Part shown: positions 26,101-39,414 of the stretch, one piece after another
Layout: the number at the start of each line of letters is the position of its first letter
How positions within the stretch are numbered: the first letter of the stretch is position 1
From: Eledone cirrhosa
Lineage: Eukaryota
Direction of reading: 5' to 3'
DNA: 64,000 nt
Assembly: GCA_964016885.1 (NCBI GenBank)
Contig: OZ024745.1
Span: 123,752,001-123,816,000, forward strand
Notes under the pieces: generated by a model
Database searches by the model: none
What the model was told of the DNA's origin: nothing
What the model saw: the letters and a program-made list of their open reading frames with translations, nothing else
Position numbers and translations under genes: made by a program

Positions 26101-26174
26101 CACACACATATATATCTATATATATATACACACACATATATATCTATATATATATACACACACACACACATATA

Positions 26175-26228
<54 letters not shown>

Positions 26229-26412
26229 TATATATCTATATATATATATATATACACACACATACATACATATATATATATATACACACACACACACATA
26301 CATATACATATATATACACACACACATATATATATATGTATGTGTATATATATAGAGAGAGAGAGATATATATGTATATATATATATATAACTGAAAAGT
26401 ATATATATATAC

Positions 26413-26779
26413 ACACCATATTTCCCAGTGTCACTTTTTTCCTAAAATAAGTTTCAAAAATCTACCATGCGTCCTGGAGGCTGAGGTGGTTTATTATTTT
26501 ATTTCAAATAAGGCGGTGGATTGGCAGTATCGGTAGAGGGTCGGATGCCATGCTTTGAAGCATAGAGTTACCTCCCTGTATGATCTGAGTTCAAATCCCA
26601 CCGAGGTTAACTTTGCCTTTCATCCTTCCGGGGTCGATAAAATAAAGTACCAGTAATGCACTGGGTAATTGCTGACCTTGCGCCAAAAGTAGAAACAATT
26701 ATTTTATTTCAAATTTTTGGTTGTCAAAATTAGGGTGTGTCATCGAGGGCGAAGCGTCTTCGGCGCTGGGAAATATAGT
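26413..26779. mobile_element. Tc2/pogo-like MITE interrupted by SINE family 1 (26511-26697)
   Basis: TIRs CCATATTTCCCAGTG / CGCTGGGAAATATAG. SINE TSD attattttatttcaaat at 26493-26509 and 26698-26714. Confidence 0.7.
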
Positions 26780-28339
26780 TTATATATATATATATAAACT
26801 GGAATATATATATATAAACTGGAAATATAGTTTATATATATATATATGCGCGCACACACACACATATATATAGTTCAAGGAAATGAAAAAATTAAAGGTA
26901 TAAAAAATCTTATTAGTTTCACACTTTATATGGAAAAGAGGAAAGAAAGTTCGATGCGTCAGGCTTTGACCCTTCTTAGGGAGTACACAAATAGAGACAG
27001 GATCATGAAGAATAGATACAGAAAATAAAAGGTAGTCCATAGTAAAAAAACGAAAATAATGAAATTATATATATATATATATATAAAAATTTCAGTGAAA
27101 GTAAAATAAAAACTAAGTTACCATTATGTTAGTTAAGCTATGTTCCAATTTTATTACTGTCTTGGATTGTATGCCATTTACTGATAGCTTTGTTCTCTAA
27201 TTGAATAAATGAAAATAAGATTAAATAAAAAACTAAAAGCTGCTGGCAATAATAATTCAGACAGGAAAAAGTAAAGCGTTACTAGGATTTGTCTGTTTGT
27301 CCATTTTATTTTATTCTATATTTATTTTATTTCATTTTTATTTAGTTTTAGTGATATTGTTAAGTAGCATTTGAATGAAAAATGCCCACTTTATTTTGCC
27401 CCACTTACTCCTTAGCTTTTTGAAATCTATCCCTCCCACAAGCTCAGTGTACATCAATAGTCTCCATTAGGTTCAGGAAGGAGGTAAATTAAACTTCATT
27501 GTAAAAACAGGAAAAAAAAAATGCTGTTACTTGTTTCATGCAGTTGTTACCTCCTGTGGCAGGATGTATGATATTAATCTATACTTCGTGGTAACTCCAT
27601 AGACTAAAATAGCATTTCTTCATTTTTTTTGTTTTTGTCTATGTGGTCATGTTGGCCGCAAAATAAATAAATAAATAATTAATTAAAATAAAATACGTAA
27701 ATAAAAATAAAGAAATTATAATAATAATAATAATAGATAAAACCCAACTTTTATTACCAAGGAAAGCATTTTTACTACAATTTTTTAATTGTTTTTTATG
27801 TATTTTACTCAACCACTCTAGAGCAGACAGTATTATTTAGAGTAGATATAACAGAGAATTGATAATATAATTTTTATGTGATCTTCTATTGGGAGGTTTG
27901 TGCAGAGTGAATAGGGAGGTGGTGTTGTTTTTTTGTTTTTTGTTTTCTTAAATGGATTCTTCCTCTGAATAATTGCAGCCTTTTAGCTTCAGGTCAAATT
28001 TATTAGAGACGGACTCAGCTGGTTGCATTCTTTATTTTTTTTTCATGTGTTTGTTTTATTGTTTGTTTTTTTTCTCTAATATTTATCAGTCGACTATAAA
28101 ATTGTGTTGAGTAAATTTTTTCTTTTAATTAACAACAGGGTTTAAACTTGCTTTGTTTTTTTGTTAAGGTAAAAAAGAAAGGAAAAAAAAAAACTTTTTA
28201 AAAGTCTATCAATTCTATCAGCAACATCATTGTTTTCTGGGTTTTTTTTTAAATTATTTAAAGTTGTAAGTATCTGTGAAGTATTACAGAGAAATATATA
28301 GTGTAAAACATGTTTAAACCAACTATATTATCAGGGAGT

Positions 28340-28750
28340 GTGAGGACCTCAGACAGATAATACTTTCCTTAAAATGTGTGCTGCGCCTAGCATGGCTGAT
28401 ATTTGTAAGACACTGATCTTGCATCGTATTTCCAGCTGTCTGAAGAAGTCTCTGAGTTTCAATAGGTTTGGCCCTAATACACTAAACACAACTGGTATCA
28501 CTTTCACTTTACTCACTTGCATTCCAAACAGTCTTGTTAGCTCCACTTTCAATTTGGTGTACTTTGTGATTTTCTTCAACCTCTTTTCTTGCAATGTTTA
28601 TGTTATTTGGTATGGCCATGTCTATGATCTGACAGTATTTGTCTTTCTTGTTCAACACTACAATGTCAGTGATGCTCAATTACTCTATCAGTCTGAAAAT
28701 CATAATCCCAGAATATCAATGCCTTCCCATCCTCCTGCGTTACTTTACAA
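28340..28750 (-). mobile_element. R4/Dong-like non-LTR retrotransposon 3' remnant (restriction-like endonuclease region)
   Basis: DIVVLNKKDKYCQIIDMAIP, then KITKYTKLKVELTRL…KVIPVVFSVLG…LQISAMLGAAHILRKVL. Confidence 0.72.
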
Positions 28751-28986
28751 GGCATATGTCCATTCCAATTTTCTATTACTTCATATTGTTATACGTAACA
28801 GCCAATGACGATGTGGTGGATTGGCAGAATTGTTAGAATCACAAGACAAAATGCTGTATGGTGTGGTTCTTTACATCCTGTGTTAAAATCTAATCAAGAT
28901 CAACTTAGCCTTTCATCCTTCTGGGATCAGTAAAAAAATGATTTCAGATAAAATAAAGTACCAAGCATCTAATTTCAGATCTTTAA

Positions 28987-29195
28987 TCCTTTAGCATTTA
29001 CATTACTCTATATATACTATTGTACTTTCACAGTAAAGGCTTTATCTCAAATAATATTGAATCTATGAGATTTTCATATTATTTATTTTGAGAACAATAT
29101 CTTAGCATCAGTATGAGCAACCAGTTACAGCTGGTTTGAACAGAAAGAGGTGAGAGAGAATTCTGGCTGGAAACAGTTGGTTTAAATATAAAGGG
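28987..29195 (-). mobile_element. piggyBac-type MITE
   Basis: TTAA on both sides. Collinear with 23812-24019. Confidence 0.82.
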
Positions 29196-31048
29196 TTAAG
29201 GAAGATTGTCATACAAAAAATCCTTGTTATTTAGATTTTAAAGGGATTTATTCATCCAAAACACTAAACAAATTTTCTCTTAACATTACCACCACAGAGT
29301 ATAAATAAGCAATGAAAATATACATTGGGTTCTAAGAAATACAAGGATTTCTGAATTGTATTTCAATTTAGAATTTGTATTCAATTCAACATGTGGGATT
29401 TCAAATTCGGAAATGTCCATTCGTACTATGTTTGTAAATTATCTAGTCATTTAATTCTTATCTTCCCATGCCTAGCCATACTAAAGCTAATCCTAAATAT
29501 CTAAAAATAGGTTTGTTCATTGAAATGTTTGTAGTATCTATACTTATTGACATATCATGGTGAAAATGATGAATATGTTAGGCAAGATGTTTTTTTGTTT
29601 TTTTAATGTGATTGTAATCATTTCAACTAAAAATGTCTTTTTGTATGTGTGGTTGTTAATTGAATACAAAGTGCACTAAAAATATGATGTGTAAAGAAAA
29701 ACAGTTAATAATATCTTAACTGTGCTTCCATCACAAACATCTCTGAAATCAATTATATTCTATATTGGTTATTGATTAAATCATTAAATTTCATGTTATT
29801 TGATAGAATGTTTGGCAGCTAATTTTTAATGAAAGCTACCAGGGAAAAAAAAACAAAAAAACTATTACATGCACTGTTTTTCCACATGAAAGGAAAAAAA
29901 ATGTCAGGAGATGCTGTTACAGTAAAGAACTCTCTGGTGTAAGAACAGAGCATTTTTTACTTTCTTTTTTTTTTATGAATGTCAGCATTAATGCCATTTT
30001 GTGTCATTGATTTCCTCACTGATGCCGTATGGTGTGGAATTATATCATACAAGATGTCAAGGAAATCTTGCAATAATATTTTGTTGTTGCCATACTTACC
30101 TTTTTAACTCTTTTATTACCATATTTCAAATGGAACACTCTAAGATTTTCAATTGATTTTGGAAATAGGCCAGGATTTAGAGGGAAACCCACCCAGTACA
30201 TGCTGTAAAGTGGTTGGTGATAGGAAGGGCATCCAGACATAATAAACTTGCCAAACAATGGGTTCGGAGAACTTTTCAATTATGTCAAAGACATGACAAC
30301 ATTTCCAGTGCACTTGGTAGAATGAGAGAGTGTACATAAGCAAGATGCAGAGCCATGGTTTGTATGGGAGGTCAGTAGCACCGCTTCAGTACTCACTCGG
30401 TCTATGTAGACCCAGCCAACCCTTGCTAGTTGAAAAAGCAGACATTTAATGATGATGATGTAGTAATATAACAGTCCCATTATTAAGGTTGCATTTTAAA
30501 TGTAAAATTTTCTTACATAAAATTATGATGGAAGATTCTCACGTAAATATAATTGCTTTAGAAAAAAACAGTTTTGTATCATAGAAACAGGATAGTTTTA
30601 GGCAAATTTTATATCGGAAGGATTAAATTTTACAAAAGACATTTTTTTGTTTTTTTCTTAATTCTATTGCAGGTTGATAACTCCCAGACCAAAATCTTGC
30701 CTCCCACTCCCTGATTTGAAAATTATTCAACTTCTTTTGTCACCATAAGTCTTAGGATGAGGAAGTACAAACAATATTATGACTAATTTATATGTCTAAA
30801 TTTGTATAGAAAAACAAATATAAAACTTTTTTTCATGAAAATATAAGAAAAAAATTGATATTCTCTGATTCCATATATTCATAAATATATATATTCCTCT
30901 TGGATAAAAGATAATATCAAGATAGTTCTGTTGGAGACATTTAAATATCTACAAAATCAAAGTCCAATTGCAAGAAATTGAACAAGATATTAACAAAACC
31001 AAAACTAAACAAGTATTTTTTTTAATTATGTCTTTCTATCTCTCTTCT

Positions 31049-31084
<36 letters not shown>

Positions 31085-31099
31085 ATCTAACCATCTCTT

Positions 31100-31815
31100 T
31101 TGTGATTGTCCACTATTCCACACCATACACAAACATGTTTTCAATTGTTGATAAACACAGCTTAACCTTTAGTTTGGTGTTCAGATTTGATTTCCAAATG
31201 ACATCGATTTTGTTTGCAACTGTCCAGGCTAAATTAATGCTCATGTATTTTTCTGAGGTGTTGATCCATGAACCAAGATACCTAAATTCCTCAACTCTTT
31301 TTAGATAATTTCCAATTTGTGACTCTTTCTGCTTGTATTCAATATATTCCATGTTCTTCTCACTTATATGAAGTCCAATTGTTTCAGCAACCCATTCCAC
31401 CCTATGTAACAACAGCTGTGCTTTATCACAACTGATAAGAATGTGATAGCATCTGCAAAATCAGCATCAGTTATTATTAGTTCAAGGTATCTAGTACTAT
31501 GCTGAGAGTGTAGTGTAAATCCTTTTGATGAGCATGGTAAATAACTTGTCTCATCGCATAGTTGAGTGTTAATATGAAGAAGAATAGAGCTAATGTTTCT
31601 CCTTGAAGAACACCTGCTTTTAGTTTGCAGATGTCTGTTTCACTATCAGGAGGCAGAACTTTTGCTTCTGGGCTGTTGTAGAGAGCACCTCCTTTTGTCA
31701 CAATTTGCAATGCTTCCATTATTTGTTTGAGTTTTCCACAATGAATGGAATAGAAAGCTTTGCTGAAATCAATAAATGGGATAACAGCTGGAAGGTTTCT
31801 GGCTTTTACTGCTTC
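31100..31815 (-). mobile_element. Decayed RT fragment of a second RTE-like LINE family
   Basis: FIDFSKAFYSI, GVLQGETLA.FFFIL.LNYAMR, DFADAI, VEEFRYLGSWI. Confidence 0.78.
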
Positions 31816-32423
31816 GATTGATATACATAAGACAGGTGAGGAAAGTGCAATATGTATCATGGGAGAAGCACAGAAGAAACAAGTCTCAATGGCAGTCTGA
31901 GATTGATTACAGTGACACAACAAAAAGCACCCAATTTACTCAGTAAAGTATTCATGTTGGTGTCATGACAAAAAGTTCCCAGTCAACACTGTGAAGTGGT
32001 CAATTTCGTGCCACAATAAAAGACACCTAGTACACACTGTAAAGTGGTCATTTTTGTGCCACAATAAAAAAGCACCCAGTCCAAGACTGTAAAGAAGAGC
32101 ATCCACTCGTAGAAACTAAGATAGAAACAGTTTTGTATGAGCAAGACACAGTCATCTGATCTGACTTGCCTCACAACAGGACAACTCGTCTAACCCATGC
32201 TAGCTTAGAAAATTGTACTTTAAACAGTGATGATGATGATGTTGGTATTTTACTTCCACTTGATTTGTTGTTTTTCATTTATAAAAACTTTTTGAACACA
32301 AATTAGCTGCACAAAATGCCAGAACATAGATGTATATATTATGTGACGGTAAAAACTTGCATGAAACAATTTTAAAAAAATACATTTAAACACCAATAAC
32401 TCTTGTTTTTCCTATAATTTCAG

Positions 32424-32564
32424 TGTGGCAACTGTTGACCAACTAAAGCAAACATATGTACTGACACCTGCCGACATGAAAGATGCATATATGGTGTACA
32501 TTATTGATCAGTACACAGAAGATCATCCGACTAGTTCTGTTATGATATTTACCAATACATGCAA
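32424..32564 (+). CDS. DDX49: Internal exon of a DEAD-box RNA helicase (DDX49/Dbp8-like), start of RecA domain 2
   Basis: Acceptor tttcag| and donor |gtatgt. 141 nt, open frame VATVDQLKQTYVLTPADMKDAYMVYIIDQYTEDHPTSSVMIFTNTC(K), matching the DDX49 pattern TV.QL.Q.Y...P...KDAY.V..I...IFTNTCK (motif IV). Its phase matches the next exon. Not in the ORF track. Confidence 0.92.
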
Positions 32565-34629
32565 GTATGTATTTTACAAGATCAATTCATGATTTCTTTT
32601 CTGTGATTGTTCCACTTTTTTACAATATGCTGCATTGACAGAAGCATGGTTGCATGGTCTTTCTTTTTGACCATATCATAGTGAGTTTAAACCTTACTGC
32701 AACCAGTCCTATGGGCATGTAACTTAACTCTGTTTCTTTCTGCCTATGTGGCTGACAAGAAAACTTCACAACTATTTTGGTTAAATAGCTAGAAGCAAGT
32801 AAGGAAAGCTGTTATGCAATCGGCAAAATTCACAAAAATTATTCCAATTCCTGGAACAGGATAATTTATAAATATAAAAAGTAATTTTAGCTTTCTTTTT
32901 TTATTAGAATTACTCCAGTCCGTCAAATTGATCTCTTTACTTTAACCAGTATTTAAAGGTTTTCCTGTTTATATTTTTACTTAACCAATGCATATGTTAT
33001 TATGCTATTTAGATTTACACTTAGAATAATTTATTGATTAAACACCTGATACAAAGCTAGAAAAATTTTAATTTTTGGGAAAGAAAAAATAATTAAGCTT
33101 AAATTCTTATTGCATTGGTTCTTCATGTAGTTTTTAGAAAAAATATTTCTGAGTACATTCAATCCCTGTCTGTTTTCTTGCTACTTTTTCTCCTGAAAAA
33201 CTGTATCTATGTAATCTAGTCTTTTAAAAAATGTCTTTTCTGATTTATCTGATTTTCATAAATGAAATGTAACTTGATAACACAGTAATTGAAATTTGTA
33301 TATGTGTTTGGAATTTTATTATTTTTCTTCTTTATCACTTAAAAAATTATATTAAATAGTAATAGACATTTCTACAGCTGAATTATTATTGCTATGAAAG
33401 ACTGAAGCCTCTTATAAGTAATGTTAAACTTTGCAGGAAACAAAGCAACTTTAGTGTTTGTGCTTCAAAAAGCTTTGTACACTCTGTCAAGTGGTTGATG
33501 TTAGAAGGAGCTTCCAACTGTAGAAATCATTCTAAAGAGAGGAAATGTATGAATGAGATATTCTCCAACCCATCCAGGTGGACAATAACTATGAATAAGT
33601 TAACCTATGAACAGACATTAAATGATATTTATGATATTTATGATATTTAGGAAATAGACTCTCATGTAATTAAAGTGGATGGAGTAACAATAAAACATGG
33701 TTTTACTAATGAGTAACGAAAGTCATCTTGTATTTATTCCTGAAGGCAATAGCCAGAAGTATTCAGAAAACTTTAATCGATCAACACACACAAGTTTAGC
33801 TGTAACTGAAATTGAGAAAAATGCTTAAGTGGAAAAGAATTATCAACGATCATTCGCCATTGGTTATATTTATATTAAGTAAGATAACAGGAATTACCTT
33901 ATATTGCTCATATAATAGATTTTCAATACCTACTTTGTGATGTTGCTACGGCTGTTTGAATCTAATGATTTTCAATACTACTACTCTTATTGTGTGTTAT
34001 TAATTATACTTTATCAAACATATTTATTGCTGAGTTCTACATTTTACTGCTGATTATATAGATTTATTGTGTATTATTTCTATGCATTATTAATATAATA
34101 ATAATAAACAAGAAGCTCTAAGTGATATACTCCTATAAACACTATGACATGAATATACACGGGTTGGCTGTCTAGCAAATACCTTCATCGACCAACTGTG
34201 TACAGATGATGGATGTTCCTCCTCTGCCCTCCTGAATGGTATGTAGTATCAAGATAGATGTGAACAAATCCAAGGGAAGTCAAGCAGATGATGATGGTGA
34301 TTGTAGCTTGATGTGGTACAAAACTGAGATATGGGAAGAACTTGGAGCAGCAAAGATGGCAATGAGAATAGTTCATTGGGTGTAGAGAATGATGGGTATA
34401 AAGCCGATAATGAATGTTGTGGAGAGAAATGGAGTGAGTTGGTTGGGTCATATGTTGAGTAAGAGGAGTGATAAATGAGGCAGACCAAGAAAGATATGGG
34501 TAAATACAGGGGAAGAAATGAAATCAGGAGTTGATGTGTGGTGTGGCGTGCAGAGTATAGGGCAAAGAGAAGCATCTCATGGGGTCCTCAAAGTTAACTC
34601 CTACTTTTGCAAAGAACTTAACCTTAAAA

Positions 34630-34955
34630 TCCTTGGTTAGAGCATTGGGTTTGCAATTAAGAGGTTGTGAGTTCGATTCTCAGACTGGGTGATGCGTTGT
34701 GTCCTTGAGCATGATACTTTCTCTCACGTTGCTCCAGTTTACTCAACTATAGAAATGAGTGGCGATATCACTGGTGCCAAGGTGTATCGGTCATTGCTTT
34801 TCCCTTGAACGACATTGGTGGCATTGAGAGGGGAGCCTGGTATGCATGGGTGACTACTGGTCTTCCACAAAAACAAACCTTGCCCTGGCTTGTAGCCTTG
34901 GAGGGAAACTTTCTAGGTGCAAACCATGGTCATTCGTGACCGAATGGGGCCTTTT
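34630..34955 (+). mobile_element. SINE family 3 (family-2-like head and core, different 3' module)
   Basis: TGGTTAGAGC…GAGTTCGATTCTC…GTGTCCTTGAGCA…CTCCAGTTTACTCA, then ATCACTGGTGCCAA…CATGGGTGACT.CTGGTCTT…CATTCGTGACCGAA. Second copy at 51105-51425. Confidence 0.78.
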
Positions 34956-35482
34956 AATGCAGATTTGTTTACATTTATTTATTAGATAGATCTACTTGAC
35001 GCAGTTCACATTGTGAATATTCATACTAACTAGGCTTGTGTGAATTACCTGATATTGCTCATTTAATAGATTTTCAATACTTACCTTATGATATTGCTGC
35101 TGTTTGGATATAAAGATTTCCAATACATCTTGTTTTGCATGTAAATTTTCATCTATAATTCTTGCTTTACTTTACAAATTATTTAGTTTACCGTGTATAT
35201 TAGTTTTCTTTAGATTTGTTGGGGTCAACTTTGCTTTTCATATTTTTGAGGTTAATCATATACTATTTTTGAGGTTAATCATATACTAACCTATAGGCAG
35301 CGTATGTGTGTGAGTTGTTAAGATGTGGGATAGAATGCTTTATGGTATTTGTCTCACCTCATTGTCTCATCCTTTCGAAGTCAATAAAAAAGGTACCTGT
35401 CCAGTACTGGGGTCGATTCTTCTTCTATAGAAAAAATCAGCTGTTTTCAGACCTGGAGAGGTTTGGGCTCCACCAGGTTTAA

Positions 35483-36035
35483 CCCTTTAGCATTCGCATT
35501 AATTTTCAAACGTCATGCTTATCTGTTCGCATTATTTTGAGTTAATCATGGTGTTGGATTGGCAGTATAGAGTTATGGCCCTTGCCATTCTGAGTTCAAA
35601 TCCCGCCGAGGTTAACTTTGCCTTTCATCCTTACGGGGTCGATAAAATAAAGTACCAAATGTAGAATTGTGCCAAATGTAGAAACAATTATTTTGAGTTA
35701 ATCATACTCAAGAGGGTTATCAATTTTATTTGTTTGTAATTTTCTTAATTTTCTATGTGCAGGCTTGAAATGTTGTCAGTAGATGTTTAAATATCAATAA
35801 TTTACAATTATATAATTTTACCTTATCTTTTTGGTCAAATTTGACTTTTATGGGCAGGTGAAATTAATTAATAGGGGCATTTGAAGTATCAACCAGGTAC
35901 AAATACTGGTTTAATTTTAAATACATTGTTTTTGGCATAATACTTGATATATAAGGATCACTAAACCTTATATCAGTGTTCCAGTAATTCCACAGTCTTG
36001 GAAATTGTTTTATACCGAACATAATATTTACGGGC
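35483..36035 (-). mobile_element. Internally deleted piggyBac derivative with a nested SINE (35550-35686)
   Basis: TTAA+CCCTTTAGCATTC end. Matches 59630-59865, then jumps to ~61350-61510. SINE TSD attattttgagttaatcat at 35531-35549 and 35687-35705. Confidence 0.85.
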
Positions 36036-36039
36036 GATC

Positions 36040-36552
36040 AAAATTGATGGTAGTTACGGAGTAGGTAGACCCAGAAAAACCTGGGACGATCTGATCAATT
36101 CCGACCTTGCACACTTAGATCTCTCTAAGACAATGTCTCTGGACCGAGATCTTTGGCGCTTCGCTGTAATACAGAAGACCCGCCTTGCCTATGTACAAAG
36201 CGAAACCTACAGTCAGTAGGCACCTCTTAACCAAATATACACCCCAATCCACTACCCCTACCCTATCCTCCCACTCCCACCAACAGCACGACATAATGAG
36301 ATCGAGATCGTGTAGGTGTCACGACAGAAAGCACACACAGTCCACGCTGTAATGTGGCCGTGTAGGTAACACGGTAAAAAGTTTCCAGTTCCACACTGTA
36401 AATGTGGTTGGTGTTAGGAAGGGCATCCAGCCGTAGAAAACCTGCCAGATAGTCCTATATGAGCGAGACACGGTCACAAACCTTGCCTCAAGTGGGACAA
36501 CTCCCGTCTAACCCATGCTAGCGTGGAAAATGGACATTAAACGATGATGATG
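36040..36552 (+). mobile_element. RTE 3' end with an extended 3' UTR
   Basis: GVGRPRKTWDDLINSDL…DRDLWRFAVIQKT, then subrepeats and an (ATG)n tail. Confidence 0.75.
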
Positions 36553-37388
36553 TATATATGTGTTTATGTATATATATATATGTATGTATATATATGTACA
36601 TATATATGTGTGTGTGTGTGTATATATAAAAAAACACCCAGCCCACACTGTAAAGTGGTCATGGAGGTGCCACAGAAAAAGAACGCACCCAGCACTCACT
36701 GTAAATGAGGTTGGTGTTAGGAAGGGCATCCAGCTGGAGAAATCAAGCCAAAATCAGTTCCCGTCCCACCCTTGCAAGCAGGGAAAAGGGGACGTAAAAT
36801 GATGATGATGATGATGATGATTATGATGTGTATGTATATATATATATATATATGTGTGTATGTATATGTGTGTGTGTATGTATATATATATACACACACA
36901 CATATACATATATGTATATGTATGCATCCTTTTCTACAGAAAAACTTAACTACTATTTCTAGTAAACCTGAACCCTTTCATGTCATTTCGAGTGCTGAAT
37001 GCATCTTTAAATTTTTATTTTTTAAATAATACCATATGCTTTTAGTCACTTTCAATTCTGTAAATGTGTAAGATTAGATGATTCGATGTCACTTACTGAT
37101 GATCCTAAATAAATTAACTTTGCCCATATCTGGTGAAATGTATTCAGATTCTGCGGAGAATACATATGACGGAGATATATTTTGTTAAATTTTAATATGA
37201 TACTTAGTGAATTATGTATACTTACATTCTGTGAGGATTGTCTCTTGTTGAAGTTTGATGTGTCTTAACATGCATTTATATCCTAGGATATTTATGTGTG
37301 TATATGTCATTCACTATTTATAATGATTGAATACTGGAATTTATTCTTTGAATTTTTTCTATGAACTGTTTTTAAGAGACATGACAGA

Positions 37389-38420
37389 CATCATCATCAT
37401 CATCATCATTTTACGTCCGCTTTTCCCTGCTTGCAAGGGTTGGACGGGTCCTATTCAGCACAGCATCTCTCCACTTGTCACGGTCCTTCCTCATCTCCTC
37501 GGTGAGTTTCAGTGATCTCAAGTCTGCTCTCACCACCTCCGCCCATGTTTTTTGTGGTCTTTCTCTACTGCGTCTTCCTTCTACTGGGATTTCTTGGCAC
37601 TTCTTTATCCAGCGGCCATCCTCCATGCACATCACATGTCCATACTATCTCTGCCTTCTCTCCTGCACACCACAACTTATCCCTCTTATACGCGGTTTCT
37701 CAACTCGTCTATGCTTGGTTGTTCATGCACATTGACATTGCACATCCTACAGAGCATTCTTGCTTCATTTCTCTCTAGCCCTCACATATCTGCTGCAGTT
37801 GCTGCCCATGTCTCACTACCATGCAGCATTGTGCATCTCACGCAGGCATCATATAACCGTCCTTTCGTACGCAGGGAAAAACCCTTCTTTGTCAATAGAG
37901 AAAGCAGCACCCTAAACTTCTTCAAACCCATCCTTATTCTAGATACTATGGCCTCAGACACCCCTCCTCCCTTGCTAATCTGATCACCTAGGTACCACAA
38001 GCTATCAACCACTTCTATAGAACCCACCTGCATTGGAAAAACATGTCTATCACTGCGATTACTACTGACAACTTTCCCTGTACATCTACTGCATACGTAG
38101 TTTTCCCTACCTGTTAGTTTGCCTGCTATCCCACTACATCTCTTGTGTACCCAAGATCTGCATTGCAAACATTTTATGGAATTTATGCCAGTTCCTTTCC
38201 TTCATATCAAACATGGCCATTTCCCCGATGGAATCAACACTTTTGTTTTAGCTATGTTCACTCTCAGGCTTCTTGATTCCAACTGCTGTTTCCATAGCCA
38301 GAATTTATTCTCTGGCTCCTCTACTGATTCTGCTATAAGAACCAGATCATCAGCATAGAGAAGTTCTCATGGACAGCCAGTCTTAAACTCCTCTGTCATG
38401 GATTGGAGGACTATTATGGA
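37389..38420 (-). mobile_element. 5'-truncated RTE LINE, same family as 9434-10778, frameshifted
   Basis: Collinear nucleotide similarity. LLYADDLVL, HKRCSGIAGKL and MLHGSETW are present. (CAT)n tail. Confidence 0.93.
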
Positions 38421-38691
38421 TTCAGCACGTTTAGAGATATAACGGAAATCTCGTGATACATAGAATTTTTAACACAGTTGCAAGTCACATACACACAAAT
38501 ATAAATAACAAATATACAGCCATCTTTACGAAAAGTGAGAGCCGTAACGTCTTCCACTTTTCGTACAAACTATTGCACATAATGTTGTAGATATGAAGAA
38601 ATGGCACCTATTTTTCTGAAATCCACGGGACTTGAACACACACCTGCAATATATCAGTTGGCCGTGCTTACCATTTCACTAACATGACACC
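38420..38691 (-). mobile_element. Probable further tRNA-headed SINE or tRNA-like pseudogene
   Basis: Minus strand GGTGTCATGTTAGTGAAATGGTAAGCACGGCCAACTGATATATTGCAGGTGTGTGTTCAAGTCCC has A- and B-box-like motifs but no intact cloverleaf. Confidence 0.45.
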
Positions 38692-38700
38692 ATTATATTA

Positions 38701-38885
38701 AGGTGGATTGGCAGTATCGGTAGAGGGTTGGACACCATGCTTTGACGCATAGAGTTACAGCCCTTGCCATTCTGAATTCAAAATCCAGCCGAGGTTAACT
38801 TTGCCTTTCATCCTTACAGGGTCGATAAAATAAAGTACCAGTAATGCACTGGCTAATTGCTGGCCTTGTGCCAAAAGTAGAAACA
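38701..38885 (+). mobile_element. SINE family 1 with an 11-bp TSD
   Basis: TSD attatattaag at 38692-38702 and 38886-38896. Confidence 0.88.
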
Positions 38886-38985
38886 ATTATATTAAGCCTT
38901 ATATTACAGGCTGTGAATGTAAAGTCTTTATATATATATAGTGTGTGTGTATGTATGTATATATGTGGGTGTGTGTATGTGTGTC

Positions 38986-39054
<69 letters not shown>

Positions 39055-39092
39055 GCACATGGATATACATACACATATATATACAGGCATAT

Positions 39093-39414
39093 GGAGGCAC
39101 ATGGCTTAATGGTTAGAGCATTGGCCTTGCAATCGAAAGGTTGTGAGTTCAATTCTCAGACCGGGTGATGTGTTGTTTCCTTGAGCAAGACACTTTATTT
39201 CACATTGCTCCAGTTTACTCAGCTGTAGAAATGAGATGATAGGGACTGGGGTCCCTATCATTCCACTGCAAAGTGGTCGTGGAGGAGCCACGGCAAAAAA
39301 GCACCCAGCACTCACTGTAAATGAGATTGGTGTTAGGAAGGGCATCGATGTAGAAATCAAGCCAGAATCAGTTCCCGTCCCACCCTTGCAAGCAGAGAAA
39401 AAGTGGACGTAAAA
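39093..39414 (+). mobile_element. SINE family 2 copy
   Basis: Reverse complement of the 6715-7060 layout. Confidence 0.88.

Noticed and set aside
26950-26985. Further hammerhead remnant on the minus strand (CCTAAGAAGGG…CCTGACGCATC)
   Set aside because: Both core halves need indels to fit. Too degenerate to call.
30660-30720. Candidate exon after a strong acceptor (ttgcag)
   Set aside because: No helicase-like frame, early stops, and no matching donor.
39093-39165. tRNA-Cys-like gene (GCA in the anticodon position)
   Set aside because: The stems do not pair, and it is the head of a multi-copy SINE.
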